In this document: one piece after another, positions 1-9,703 of the stretch
Layout of the letters: each line of letters starts with the position of its first letter
Numbering within the stretch: the stretch's first letter is position 1
Origin: a virus
Lineage: Duplodnaviria > Caudoviricetes
Length of the DNA stretch: 42,345 nucleotides
Strand: one strand, 5' to 3'
Virus record (IMG/VR): IMGVR_UViG_3300014613_000011
Span: 1-42,345 of that record
Translations under genes and position numbers: made by a program
The notes under the pieces: model-generated
Seen by the model: only the letters and a program-made list of their open reading frames with translations
Told to the model about the DNA's origin: nothing
Databases searched by the model: none

Positions 1-123
1 AGGATGCTATTCTGTGGCGGGAGGAGCAACAGGTCCGCGTGGCCGAGTACTGGGTCAAACGCCCCAAAAAGCTTCGTCGATACCTCCTATCTGACGATCG
101 TATTGTGGACGGTGATGACTGGG
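1..123. repeat. Terminal overlap, copy 1 (circular assembly)
   Basis: Identical to 42223-42345. The portal reading frame continues across the join. Confidence 0.97.
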
Positions 124-1415
124 ACAAGATAGTGGACGAGCTTACTGCCTCCCAGCAGACTGTCCATGTCGCCCCCGGTCCCGATGGTCAACCCACACAG
201 GTAGAAGGTTCCGCCCCTGAGGGGTCTGGGTATCCGGAGCAGATCCTCAACCCCGTCCCCACTATAGTGAGACAGCGGACGGTGGATTTCCACGAGATTG
301 AGCAGTATATCATCGACGGCACCCAGATTATTGAGGGTCCCCATGTGTGGGCCGGAAAGTACATCCCCATCATTCCAGTCTGGGGCAAGGAGATATGCAT
401 CGACGGTGCCCGTCATCTCCGATCCCTCATTCGGTTCGCCAAAGACCCCCAGAAGATGTACAACTATTTCCGCACAGCGGCCACGGAGACTGTAGCCCTC
501 ACCCCCAAAGCTCCTTGGGTCATGGAGGAATCTCAGATTGGCAACCATGCGGAGCAATGGGCCAGCTCCAACCGTAAGAACCTGCCTTATCTTCTCTACA
601 AACATAAGCCGGGGGTTAATCCCCCTACTCGTCAGGTCGTCACCCAGACCGCCATCGGGGAGATCACCGAGTCCAATATAGCCAACGACGAGATGAAGGC
701 CACCACCTCCACCTTCGACGCCTCTCTGGGTGCCAAATCCAATGAGACATCGGGCCGCGCTATTTTAGCCCGTCAGCGTGAGGGTGACGTCGCCAATTTT
801 GCTTTCATCGATAACCAGCATCGCGCCATCCTGTACACAGGTGAAGTCCTGGTTGACCTCATCCCCAAGATCTACGACACCGAGCGTACCGAGCTAATTA
901 TCAACGATGTTGAGGAGGAGATCGAAGTCACCATCAATCAGACCGTGCGAGATGAGGACACTGGCCAGGATGTGATCATCAATGACCTCTCCTTGGGTCG
1001 CTACAAGACCACCATCACCAAGGGTCCCAGCTTCACCACTCAACGTGCCGAGGCCATGGAGTCCATGTTTGATTTTGTCCGCACGGCTCCGGGTACCGCC
1101 GCAGCCGTCATGGATCTCATCGCTGAAAATGCCGATTGGCCCAACGCGGCCAAGTTTGCCGCCCGACTCAAAAAATTCCTCCCCCCAGGTATACTCACTG
1201 AGGAGGAGGGAGGAGCACCAGCCCCCACTGGACCCAGCCCAGAGCAGGTCACAGCCGGTCTTAAGGCCGAGGGGATCGATCTGAATAACCAGAAAAAGCG
1301 TCTGGATATCTCAGAGAAGACATCGGAGATGGAGGGCCGTATTCAGGCCGTCGCTGAAGCCGCAGCGCGAGGAGTGATTCAACAGATGGTACGAGGAGGA
1401 CAGTCCAATGAGTGA
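1..1415 (+). CDS. P22-like portal protein, C-terminal part
   Basis: YIPIIPVWG, LIRFAKDPQKMYNY, SNETSGRAILARQ, LIPKIYDTER and GPSFTTQR motifs. Lies between TerL and the scaffold. Confidence 0.9.
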   Translation, partial: DAILWREEQQVRVAEYWVKRPKKLRRYLLSDDRIVDGDDWDKIVDELTASQQTVHVAPGPDGQPTQVEGSAPEGSGYPEQILNPVPTIVRQRTVDFHEIEQYIIDGTQIIEGPHVWAGKYIPIIPVWGKEICIDGARHLRSLIRFAKDPQKMYNYFRTAATETVALTPKAPWVMEESQIGNHAEQWASSNRKNLPYLLYKHKPGVNPPTRQVVTQTAIGEITESNIANDEMKATTSTFDASLGAKSNETSGRAILARQREGDVANFAFIDNQHRAILYTGEVLVDLIPKIYDTERTELIINDVEEEIEVTINQTVRDEDTGQDVIINDLSLGRYKTTITKGPSFTTQRAEAMESMFDFVRTAPGTAAAVMDLIAENADWPNAAKFAARLKKFLPPGILTEEEGGAPAPTGPSPEQVTAGLKAEGIDLNNQKKRLDISEKTSEMEGRIQAVAEAAARGVIQQMVRGGQSNE

Positions 1416-1569
1416 TCGTGACCGATTGAGAGATGGGGATATCGAGTCCCTACGCCGGAAAGCCCGCCTTGAGGGTCGTCCCATTAAGACTCCGGATTTC
1501 CAGGACAAACAGGGGCGTTTGATATTCACCGACGTAAAGACCGGAAAGATTGTGGAGTACGACGACTGA
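1408..1569 (+). CDS. Small hypothetical protein (53 aa, MSDRDRLRDG...)
   Basis: Manual translation. GAGGAGG RBS, overlaps the portal stop. Below the ORF-track size cutoff. Confidence 0.6.
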   Translation: MSDRDRLRDGDIESLRRKARLEGRPIKTPDFQDKQGRLIFTDVKTGKIVEYDD

Positions 1570-1638
1570 CCAACTGACCAACTGAGCCACCGAACCTGAC
1601 GGATTCAGGGCGCACCACCCAGATTAGGAGGACCGACC

Positions 1639-2391
1639 ATGGCTGACCAATTAGAAGAGGGGATTGTCCCCGACGCAACACCAACAGGTGACGAACTGGG
1701 AGGATCACCTACTCCCGCAGCCGATGCCACTCCCGCCCCCAAAGACGGAGTGCAATCCCGCATCGATGAGTTAACCAGAAAGAGGTACGACGCTGAAAGG
1801 GAAGCGGCATACTGGAAAGGTGTGGCTGAGGGTCCCAAACCCGCAGCCCCTACCCCCGTCGCCCCCCAGCCCCCAAAGGAGCTTGATCCTGAGGATTTTT
1901 CTTCCGACGCCGACTATCTACGGGCAGTCGCCAAACAGGAGCGGGAGCGAATCCGGGTAGAAGCTGCCAATGTTCAGGCTGAAAATCAGCGGATGCGCAC
2001 TCAGACCAAGATGGGTGAGATCTACGCCGGGGCGAGAACCAAGTTCCCCGATTTTGACACCGTGGCCCTCAACCCGTCCGTACCCATCACCAAGTCCATG
2101 TTGGACGCGGCCATGGGGGATCAACTGGGTGATGTGCTTTATCACCTGGGGCAACACCCGACAGAAGCGGCTAAAATTGCAGCCATGAATCCGACTCAGC
2201 AAGTCAAGGAGATCGGGAAATTGGAGGTGAGATTAGCCACCACATCACCCAAGAAAACATCAGCGGCTCCGGCTCCCGTCCCCAAAGTTGGAAGTGGTCC
2301 TTCGCCCCCAACCAAGTCCGCCGAGGACATGACACGCGGGGAAAGAATGGCTAAGTGGGAAGCGGACCGCCGCAAAAGATTAGGAGCATAA
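1639..2391 (+). CDS. Capsid scaffolding protein
   Basis: Position between portal and coat. VQSRIDELTRKR coiled coil, FPDFD and LYHLGQHP motifs, Pro-rich C-terminus. AGGAGG RBS. Confidence 0.8.
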   Translation: MADQLEEGIVPDATPTGDELGGSPTPAADATPAPKDGVQSRIDELTRKRYDAEREAAYWKGVAEGPKPAAPTPVAPQPPKELDPEDFSSDADYLRAVAKQERERIRVEAANVQAENQRMRTQTKMGEIYAGARTKFPDFDTVALNPSVPITKSMLDAAMGDQLGDVLYHLGQHPTEAAKIAAMNPTQQVKEIGKLEVRLATTSPKKTSAAPAPVPKVGSGPSPPTKSAEDMTRGERMAKWEADRRKRLGA

Positions 2392-2392
2392 C

Positions 2393-3634
2393 ATGTCCGA
2401 TTCTTTCTTAACTCATTCGATGATTGCGGATCGTGCCCTGTTTGACCTACAGAATGAACTCACGTTCAGCCGTAACGTGTACAAAGGCTACAACTCCGAG
2501 TTCAAGTCCGTGGGCCGATTCAAAAAGGGGAACAGTGTCACCATCGCTCTCCCCAACAAATTCCGGACCAAAACCGGACCCACCCTGGACGTCGTGGATG
2601 TTCAGGAAGGATCGACCACGATTACCGTGGACGAGCACCAGTTGGTGGGTATGGACTTTCTGGAGACGGATCTCACCTTCGAAATCGAGGATTTCTCCCG
2701 GAAATACATCCGACCGGCTACCATCGCCCTCGCCAACAAAGTGGACGCGGACGGGTGCGAGGAGTATGTCAACGTGTACAATATGGTCGGCACCCCCGGC
2801 ACCACCCCCAGCACCTTTGGGGTTCTGGCCGATGCCGCCGTCCGTTTCTCCAATGAGGCCATCCCCAAGGAAGATCGTGTGGCCGTCCTGTCCCCCAAGG
2901 CCCTGTGGTCACTGGCCGATGGGGAACTCAAAGGGGTGTTTGCCCCCGGCATGGTCGAGAGTCTGCTCCGTAAGGGATTCTCCGGGCGCTACGCCCTCAT
3001 GGACTTCTTTGAGGATCAAAACATCACCACCCATACCGTGGGTGCTCACAGCGGAACCCCCGTCATGAACGGTGCCACCGCTGAAGGTGCCACCGCCCTT
3101 AATATCGACGGATGGCCCAATACCACCACCGTCCTGAAAAAGGGCGACATCTTCACCATCGCCGGGGTTTACGGTGTTAACCCCGTTTCGGGCAAGGTGT
3201 GGGAAGGCAACGAGCTTCGCCAGTTCGTGGTTACGGCAGATGCCATCTCCAATGGGTCCGGGGAAACCGCAGTATCCATCGCTCCCAAGATCTACTCCAG
3301 CGCGGCCACCGAAGATTACCTCCCGTACCAGACCGTGGGTACCCTCCCGGCCAATGGCGCGGCCATCACTGTCGTGGGTACGCTCTCCACCGGCTACCCG
3401 CAGAACCTGCTCTTTCACCCCAACTGCTTCGCTCTTACCATGGTTCCCTTTGAGCGTCCCAAGTCGGCGGGTCAGAGCGTTATGTGGGCGCAAGCGTCCG
3501 ACCCCCAGATGGGTCTGTCCATCACTGTCGCCACGGCCTACGACATCACCAACTACAAGGAGAACACCCGTCTTGACATTCTGTACGGGTGGGATACGCC
3601 GCAGCCCGAATACGGTATCCGCCTCGTGGGTTAA
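2393..3634 (+). CDS. Major capsid protein, P22 coat (gp5) family
   Basis: KKGNSVTIALPNKF, PATIALANKVD, GDIFTIAGVYGVNP and C-terminal RLDILYGW motifs. 413 aa. Confidence 0.9.
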   Translation: MSDSFLTHSMIADRALFDLQNELTFSRNVYKGYNSEFKSVGRFKKGNSVTIALPNKFRTKTGPTLDVVDVQEGSTTITVDEHQLVGMDFLETDLTFEIEDFSRKYIRPATIALANKVDADGCEEYVNVYNMVGTPGTTPSTFGVLADAAVRFSNEAIPKEDRVAVLSPKALWSLADGELKGVFAPGMVESLLRKGFSGRYALMDFFEDQNITTHTVGAHSGTPVMNGATAEGATALNIDGWPNTTTVLKKGDIFTIAGVYGVNPVSGKVWEGNELRQFVVTADAISNGSGETAVSIAPKIYSSAATEDYLPYQTVGTLPANGAAITVVGTLSTGYPQNLLFHPNCFALTMVPFERPKSAGQSVMWAQASDPQMGLSITVATAYDITNYKENTRLDILYGWDTPQPEYGIRLVG

Positions 3635-3661
3635 TCGGCCCCTGGTCGGTGTGAACTTCAC

Positions 3662-3689
3662 TGGGGGGAGTAACTCTCCCCCCATTTTT
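3662..3689 (+). terminator. Intrinsic terminator after the coat gene
   Basis: TGGGGGGAG-TAACT-CTCCCCCCA followed by TTTTT. Confidence 0.75.
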
Positions 3690-3702
3690 AAGGAGAAACC
3701 TC

Positions 3703-5526
3703 ATGAACAGACTTTCACGATTACTCATTCCGACCTTGGCGGTCATCCTTATTTGCGCTGCCCTGTCCCAGGCCGGAATTCAAGATCGGTTCAGCGGGAT
3801 TGAACTCTTGCCCCGCAATCTCATCCTTTTCCCCCAGATTGCAGCCCCGGACGGAAATCCCACTACTGATCAGGGATGGCTCTATGTCAAGGACAACGGG
3901 GGAAATACCAACCTTTATTTTGAGGATGACGCCGGTACAGTCACCAGCCTCACCGCTTCAGCATCTGGGGTAGCCAACCTGGACGAAGCCTATGACGGTG
4001 GGGGAGCCGGTGCTGGTCGTGCCATTTCCGTTGACCAGGGTCCGGTGCTGCTCACTGGAACCAACGCGGTCAACAACACCCTGGAGCTTACGGGTTCTGG
4101 GTCCGGTCACCTCCTCAACTTCACCAACACCGGTACGGGTCGTGATATCAGCGGCACATCGGCAAGCTGGTACTTTACCAGCGCCGGGGTGCTCAGTCTT
4201 GCCAATGGCCTCACCATCGACAATGGCACCAATAACGTCCTGGAGATCAACGAAAACTCCGAGGATTTGCTGCTCACCTTCGGCACCAATCTGCTCGATC
4301 TGTCCACCACCACCGGAATAGTCCAGATTGACCTTTTTGATGGTGCCGCCACTACGATCACCAAAGCAGCGGACGGAGCGGCTGACGATATTACCATCTC
4401 CGTGACCGGTGCTCAGAATTCCAGTCTCCATTTGGCCTCATCTGGAACCGCAGCTGACGCCATCACCCTGATTACCTCCGCTGGTGGTATCGATATCACC
4501 GTCGCGGGAGCTGCAGCCGGTGAGGATATTGACATCTCCACCAACACCTCCATCAACCTCGCGGCCACTGAAGACGCTGGAGCTGCCATCTACCTGCTTA
4601 CCAACGGTGGAACCAGCGAAACCATGGTCCTGACCAACACCCAGGGTACGTCCGACGCAGCCATTGATATTAACGCCACGGCTGGCGGAGTGGATATCGA
4701 TGCTGGTAAATCGGTCAATATTACTTCGGCTGAAGCCCAGGCTGATGCTGTGGTTATTGCAGCCTCCACCGCTGTAGGTGGAATCGACATCACCTCCAAT
4801 GCGGATATTGACATTACCACCACCGGAGCAGCCGGGGAGGACATATCCCTGGTCAACACAGGGGGATCCATTGTCCTATCAGCCACCGAAGCCATTGCAG
4901 ACGCTGTGTCCATCGCAGCCAGTGCTGGTGGGATTGACCTTACCTCTGCCGCCACCTTTGATATTGACATTACGGCTACCGGGGGAAAAGTCCTGGTTAC
5001 ACCCTCTGAAGCCGCTGCCGATCAGTTCAAGGTGGACGCTACGGGTGTGGTAGCTGGTTACGCTGTCGTCTTGGAAACCTCTGATGGTGGAGTCCAGATC
5101 AATGCTGACGGTGCCGCCAATGGGGATATTGCCATTGACGCTGCCGACGACATGACCCTGACTGCAGCCGGTGATCTCACCACCGCAGTTACGGGGACGC
5201 TCACCGTCACCGGATCCTTTGTCTATGGTGGGGTTCAGGACATTGCAGCCGGGGGAACCACCACGGCTGTCGTTCTTACCAATCAGGTGGTCACAGTGGG
5301 TGCGGATGCCGGGGGCGATATCGTCACTATTGCCAATGGTACAGCCGGTCAGATCCTGTATCTCATCTGTGCGGATGCCAGTGGAACCACCACCATTACC
5401 CCCGCCACTTTTAATGGGGGGACCAGTATTACCTTTGATGCTGTTGGTGATTCGGTCACCCTGGTCTACGTCGCCACGTTGGGATGGTCCATCGTGGGTG
5501 GAAACTCGTATACCATCGTCGCCTAA
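3703..5526 (+). CDS. Repetitive beta-rich virion-type protein (head fibre/decoration-like) with an N-terminal signal-peptide-like segment
   Basis: Follows the coat gene. T/A/G/D/I-rich with recurring GGIDIT..A...DI units. N-terminus MNRLSRLLIPTLAVILICAALSQA. Confidence 0.6.
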   Translation: MNRLSRLLIPTLAVILICAALSQAGIQDRFSGIELLPRNLILFPQIAAPDGNPTTDQGWLYVKDNGGNTNLYFEDDAGTVTSLTASASGVANLDEAYDGGGAGAGRAISVDQGPVLLTGTNAVNNTLELTGSGSGHLLNFTNTGTGRDISGTSASWYFTSAGVLSLANGLTIDNGTNNVLEINENSEDLLLTFGTNLLDLSTTTGIVQIDLFDGAATTITKAADGAADDITISVTGAQNSSLHLASSGTAADAITLITSAGGIDITVAGAAAGEDIDISTNTSINLAATEDAGAAIYLLTNGGTSETMVLTNTQGTSDAAIDINATAGGVDIDAGKSVNITSAEAQADAVVIAASTAVGGIDITSNADIDITTTGAAGEDISLVNTGGSIVLSATEAIADAVSIAASAGGIDLTSAATFDIDITATGGKVLVTPSEAAADQFKVDATGVVAGYAVVLETSDGGVQINADGAANGDIAIDAADDMTLTAAGDLTTAVTGTLTVTGSFVYGGVQDIAAGGTTTAVVLTNQVVTVGADAGGDIVTIANGTAGQILYLICADASGTTTITPATFNGGTSITFDAVGDSVTLVYVATLGWSIVGGNSYTIVA

Positions 5527-5533
5527 ACCCCGC

Positions 5534-5576
5534 TTGGGCTGCCAGGAGCGTCTTTTTTCCTTTCCTGGTAGTCCAA
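5534..5576 (+). terminator. Stem-loop after the 3703..5526 gene
   Basis: TTGGGCTGCCAGGA / TCCTGGTAGTCCAA inverted repeat with G-U pairs. No clear 3' U-tract. Confidence 0.45.
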
Positions 5577-5652
5577 TGGGTTGTGACAAGCTGAACGAGT
5601 TGCGTTGTGCGTTCTTGCGGTTGTGCGTTGTGCGTTGTGCGTTGTTGCGTTT
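5557..5652 (+). repeat. Conserved element, copy A (box-N11-box plus GTTGTGC heptads)
   Basis: TTCCTTTCCTGGTAG-N11-GTGACAAGCTGAACG-N3-TGCGTTGTGCGTT... aligns without gaps to copy B at 28678-28748 on the - strand. Confidence 0.85.
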
Positions 5653-5674
5653 ACATTAACGGGAGGGTACACAG

Positions 5675-6016
5675 ATGGCAAAAACAAAAGTAGATCATTA
5701 CAAATCAGCCCCAACATGGCTTTATCGAGCGGGTGAGTCCAAGCTGTTCACCACTCAGGAAGCCGTGGATCAGGCATGGAAAGAGGGGTGGCACGGGCCT
5801 GGGGATTCCTACGACGCCGCTGGTCCCCTGTCCCTCCAGACCTTTGAAACCAAGGGGGACCTCAAACGGGCCGTGGCCGATGTGTATCCTGATCTCACCA
5901 TCAACACTAGTCGTGCCATGGCTACGTGTATGGAGCGGGTGCGTAATCACGAAATCGACCTGGGCATCATTGAAGGCGACAAAACCGGGGACGAGTCCGA
6001 CCAAACCGAGGAGTAA
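5675..6016 (+). CDS. Hypothetical protein, head-tail region
   Basis: GGAGG RBS. Fills the gap in the + strand operon. Confidence 0.65.
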   Translation: MAKTKVDHYKSAPTWLYRAGESKLFTTQEAVDQAWKEGWHGPGDSYDAAGPLSLQTFETKGDLKRAVADVYPDLTINTSRAMATCMERVRNHEIDLGIIEGDKTGDESDQTEE

Positions 6017-6019
6017 CCC

Positions 6020-6697
6020 ATGTCAGTTTCAGCAAATGATCTGATGGCCGATGCCCTGGTTGAGATTGGGGTGCTCCATCCGGGGGAAGCGGCTAAAGCG
6101 TACCAACTGTCCACCGTGTACAAGCGGCTACTCCGGATGATTGAGTCGTGGTCCACCGAAAATCTGATGGTGGTAGCGGACACCTTGGAGTCGTTCGTTC
6201 TCGTCGCTGGAACTGGTGAGTATACCTGGGGGACGGGGGGAACGTTCAACTCCTCTCGACCCCTGGAGCTTAAAGACGGGTGCTTCTATCGAGACGGGGA
6301 TACGGACTATCCAGTCGCCCTTAAATCCCTGGACGTGTACAGGCGCATCGTGGACAAAAGCGGGAGTGGGAGTCCGGACATCATCGCCTATTCCCCGGAG
6401 TTTCCGTTGGGCAAGGTGTTTTTGCATCCTGTCCCCAGCTCCGCTTTCACCCTGTACGTCCAGTCGTCTAAACCCCTGTCATCTTTCACTGACAGGACCA
6501 CGGCTGTTACGTTTGAGCCGGGAATGGAACGGGCACTCATGACCAATCTGGCCGTGGAGATATCCTCCGCCTTTGGTAAGAGTGTCAGTCCTGAGTTGAG
6601 CTATTTGGCCACCACGTCTAAGCAACTCCTTATGGCACGTAACTCCACCCAGGTTTCAGTAATGCAGACCCCCCAATTTTTTGACCTGATGGGGTAA
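6020..6697 (+). CDS. Head-to-tail adaptor (P22 gp4-like)
   Basis: ANDLMADALVEIGVL..GE and LLRMIESW N-terminal pattern, ALMTNLAVEI near the C-terminus, and position. Confidence 0.7.
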   Translation: MSVSANDLMADALVEIGVLHPGEAAKAYQLSTVYKRLLRMIESWSTENLMVVADTLESFVLVAGTGEYTWGTGGTFNSSRPLELKDGCFYRDGDTDYPVALKSLDVYRRIVDKSGSGSPDIIAYSPEFPLGKVFLHPVPSSAFTLYVQSSKPLSSFTDRTTAVTFEPGMERALMTNLAVEISSAFGKSVSPELSYLATTSKQLLMARNSTQVSVMQTPQFFDLMG

Positions 6698-6707
6698 GGA
6701 GGACAAA

Positions 6708-6932
6708 ATGGCAACAAAGAAAAAGATAGGCGTTAAGAAAAATGCAAAACCGAAGGCAAAACCTGCTACGGCGGAAGTACCGTCCGGTTACAGGGAACCA
6801 AAACGGGTTAGTATCCAGAAAGCATCCAACGGGTTCGTAATCTCCACTTATGGACCCAATGGTGAAAAGATCCAGGTGGCTAAGACTCAAGCTGAGGCCA
6901 ACAAAATTGCCGGGAGTATGTTAAGTGGCTGA
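6708..6932 (+). CDS. Small basic hypothetical protein
   Basis: AAGGAGG RBS. Lys-rich N-terminus. Confidence 0.6.
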   Translation: MATKKKIGVKKNAKPKAKPATAEVPSGYREPKRVSIQKASNGFVISTYGPNGEKIQVAKTQAEANKIAGSMLSG

Positions 6933-8367
6933 CAAAACCAAACGACTTGAGATCCCATTCACTGGTCCCACCTACCAGAACAAGTCCCTGTTCTCAGCAG
7001 CCCAGCGCTGCGTTAATTTCTTCCTTCGCCCCTACCCCGACTTTAATCCGGCCAATAAGGGCGAACTGAAGTACATGCTGGTGGGGACCCCCGGGCTTGT
7101 TCAGCTTGCCGATCTGGGGAATGATGGTCCGGTACGTGGATCCCTGGCCTACAACGGATTCCTATATGTGGTGAGTGGATCCACCCTGTTCCGCGTGGAT
7201 CAGTACTGGGCCGTGACCACTCTGGGAGCGGTGGAAGGTGGAACGTTACCAGTGGGGATGGCCACCAACGGGGTCGATGTGGTGGTGGTATGCTCAACCA
7301 AAGGCTACTCCTACATCTTAGCCACCGGAGTGTTTGCCCAGATCACCGACGCCGATTTCCCAGGTGGCAACAGTATAGCCTACATTGATGGTTACTACTT
7401 GGTTAACGAACCCGAATCCCAGCGAGTGTGGAGATCCGAGTTTAATGACGGGACCACGTGGGAGTCACTCCAGTTCTCCTCTGCTGGCGCTGATCCCGAC
7501 CTACTGGTTGCTGTGTTTGCGGATCACGGGGACCTGTGGCTTTTTGGGGAGAACACCTCCGAACCCTGGTATAACACTGGGGGGTCCGGATTTAACTTCG
7601 CCCGTATCTCTGGAGCCAAGGTTGAGATGGGTACCCCTTCCATCTTCGCTCATACTGCCATTAACAACTCCATCTACCTTCTTGGGCAGGATAAGAATGG
7701 GCACGGTCAGGTCCTCCAGATATTGGGTCGTCAGCCCACTGTAGTATCCACACTCCCCATCGACTACTTCATCAACCAGGAGGAGCTGGGGGAAGCGTCC
7801 ATGATGGCGTACCAGCAAGAGGGGCATGCATTTGTGGTGCTCCACCTACCCACCCGTACTCTGGTTTTTGACTCTGTAGTAGGCCAATGGCATGAACGAT
7901 CCTCCAGAGTGGGGGGAGTGGACGGGCGATGGAGAGCCAACACCCATTCCTTCTTTAATGGGGTGAATGTGGTGGGGGATCTCCACGATGGAATCATCTA
8001 TTCCCTTGATCCGGACGTGTACACCGAGGGGGATGAGCCAATTATCTCCTACAGGATCTCCCAGACGCTACGCTATCTCCAGTCCAGGGTTACCTATTGG
8101 GGGATCCAGATTCTGTTCCAACCAGCGGTGGGCCTCGTGAGCGGTCAGGGTAGTGATCCCGTAGCTCTTCTTTCGTGGTCGGATGACGGGGGGGCCACTT
8201 GGTCGAACGAATATGACGTGAGCCTGGGGAAGATTGGGGAGACACTAAACAGGGCGTGTTGGACCAATCTGGGGCAGGGGATCAACCGAGTCTTCAAGGT
8301 TCAAGTGTCCGATCCAGTGTACCGAGTCATTCTTGGGGCCATGGCTGACGTGGAGGTGGACAAGTGA
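6925..8367 (+). CDS. Packaged-DNA stabilization / tail hub protein (P22 gp10-like)
   Basis: LVGTPGL, LYVVSG, QITDADFPG, YIDGYYL, LWLFGE, YQQEGH.F, WHERSS and LSWSDDGG.TWS motifs. 480 aa. Confidence 0.85.
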   Translation: MADKTKRLEIPFTGPTYQNKSLFSAAQRCVNFFLRPYPDFNPANKGELKYMLVGTPGLVQLADLGNDGPVRGSLAYNGFLYVVSGSTLFRVDQYWAVTTLGAVEGGTLPVGMATNGVDVVVVCSTKGYSYILATGVFAQITDADFPGGNSIAYIDGYYLVNEPESQRVWRSEFNDGTTWESLQFSSAGADPDLLVAVFADHGDLWLFGENTSEPWYNTGGSGFNFARISGAKVEMGTPSIFAHTAINNSIYLLGQDKNGHGQVLQILGRQPTVVSTLPIDYFINQEELGEASMMAYQQEGHAFVVLHLPTRTLVFDSVVGQWHERSSRVGGVDGRWRANTHSFFNGVNVVGDLHDGIIYSLDPDVYTEGDEPIISYRISQTLRYLQSRVTYWGIQILFQPAVGLVSGQGSDPVALLSWSDDGGATWSNEYDVSLGKIGETLNRACWTNLGQGINRVFKVQVSDPVYRVILGAMADVEVDK

Positions 8368-9350
8368 CAAGCAATTTATCATTTCCCAGCATGCCGCGAG
8401 TGGATATGTTCAAGGGTGTGGGGTCCATGTCCCTGGAGTGGCGGAACTTTTTCCGTGACCTGTTTACCCGTGTTGGGGCCAGTGAGGCGATGACCAATGT
8501 GGAACTTGAGGCTGAGGCAGTAGGTGATCAGTCCAACTCAGTAGCTGGGTTGTTTAATACCCCGGCTAACACTTCGGATAAAACAGACCAATTGAGCTAT
8601 TTAACCCCAAGTGATCCCAAACACTACATTAGTACGGATGACATAGATGTGTTGAGATACTTGGATCCAAGTGATACCAGATTGTCCAAAGTAGTCAACG
8701 TCATAAAAAAACTGGAAGCATTACTGTACTCGTTTCCAGGATGTGAAGTTAAAAGTGGGGGACTGTTATTTGAGCAGTTTATTCAGGCCGTGGAGCCGTT
8801 CAAATATTTCCTCCCCCAGACGGTATGGGACGACCTATACTTTGAAATAGCACCAAAAACGGTGGGGGCGGGTAAACCCACACTTGCCAGTTTCTCAGGT
8901 AACATTAAACAGTGGACCATGGCAGTTGGTGACATCACAGAGCTAAGACCTGTAGAGATTAAGCATAACGGGAAAGAAGGTTCCCCAATTGAGGTACACG
9001 TCCACTGGGGGACCAATGGTGTGGACGGTACGAATCGTGGGGTGAAATGGGAGATTGACTACACTTGGGCCAATACGCTAATAGAAGGTGGAACTACAGC
9101 CTTTGCTGCAGCCACCACAGTTTCAGCAGAAACTCAAATTCCGGCCAACACTCCGGACAAAACCCACATGTACACCAGTGTGGTTACATTTACCCCAACT
9201 GGTGGAAAAATTGGTTCCAACATTTTAATGAGTCTGAAGCGTATAGCGTCAGTGACCAACCCCACCCCTACCTCCAGTCCCTGGGTTTTTATGGTCGGGG
9301 TTCACTACGAAATTAACACTGTGGGGAGTAGGACCATAACGAACAAATAG
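8364..9350 (+). CDS. Tail-associated virion protein
   Basis: N-terminal EWRNFFRDLFTRVG segment typical of the gene after gp10. Beta-rich C-terminus. Confidence 0.55.
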   Translation: MTSNLSFPSMPRVDMFKGVGSMSLEWRNFFRDLFTRVGASEAMTNVELEAEAVGDQSNSVAGLFNTPANTSDKTDQLSYLTPSDPKHYISTDDIDVLRYLDPSDTRLSKVVNVIKKLEALLYSFPGCEVKSGGLLFEQFIQAVEPFKYFLPQTVWDDLYFEIAPKTVGAGKPTLASFSGNIKQWTMAVGDITELRPVEIKHNGKEGSPIEVHVHWGTNGVDGTNRGVKWEIDYTWANTLIEGGTTAFAAATTVSAETQIPANTPDKTHMYTSVVTFTPTGGKIGSNILMSLKRIASVTNPTPTSSPWVFMVGVHYEINTVGSRTITNK

Positions 9351-9359
9351 GAGAAAGCC

Positions 9360-9695
9360 ATGGGAACCACACTAAAAAATGCATATCTTGGACAGCCTGG
9401 AATAGCGGATACCACATTGTACACGTGTCCGGCTGGTACGACAGCACGGGTGTTAAAATGTACCATGACAAATGACACCACCACTGTGGTTACTGTGAGC
9501 ATGCACAAGGTGGAATCGGGAGGGGCCGTGGGAGATGACCGGCTGGTAATGAATGCCAAATCCCTGGGGAGCCGGGAAACGTACGAATGTCCTGAGGTGG
9601 TGGGGCAAGTGTTGGACGCTGGGGATCTGATCAGTGCCATCGCTGGAGTGGCTGCTCAAGTGACAGTGAGCCTTGACGTGGTTGAGATCGTATAG
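9360..9695 (+). CDS. Small beta-rich virion-region protein
   Basis: TLYTCPAGTTARV pattern. AGGAG RBS. Confidence 0.6.
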   Translation: MGTTLKNAYLGQPGIADTTLYTCPAGTTARVLKCTMTNDTTTVVTVSMHKVESGGAVGDDRLVMNAKSLGSRETYECPEVVGQVLDAGDLISAIAGVAAQVTVSLDVVEIV

Positions 9696-9703
9696 GGGGA
9701 GTC

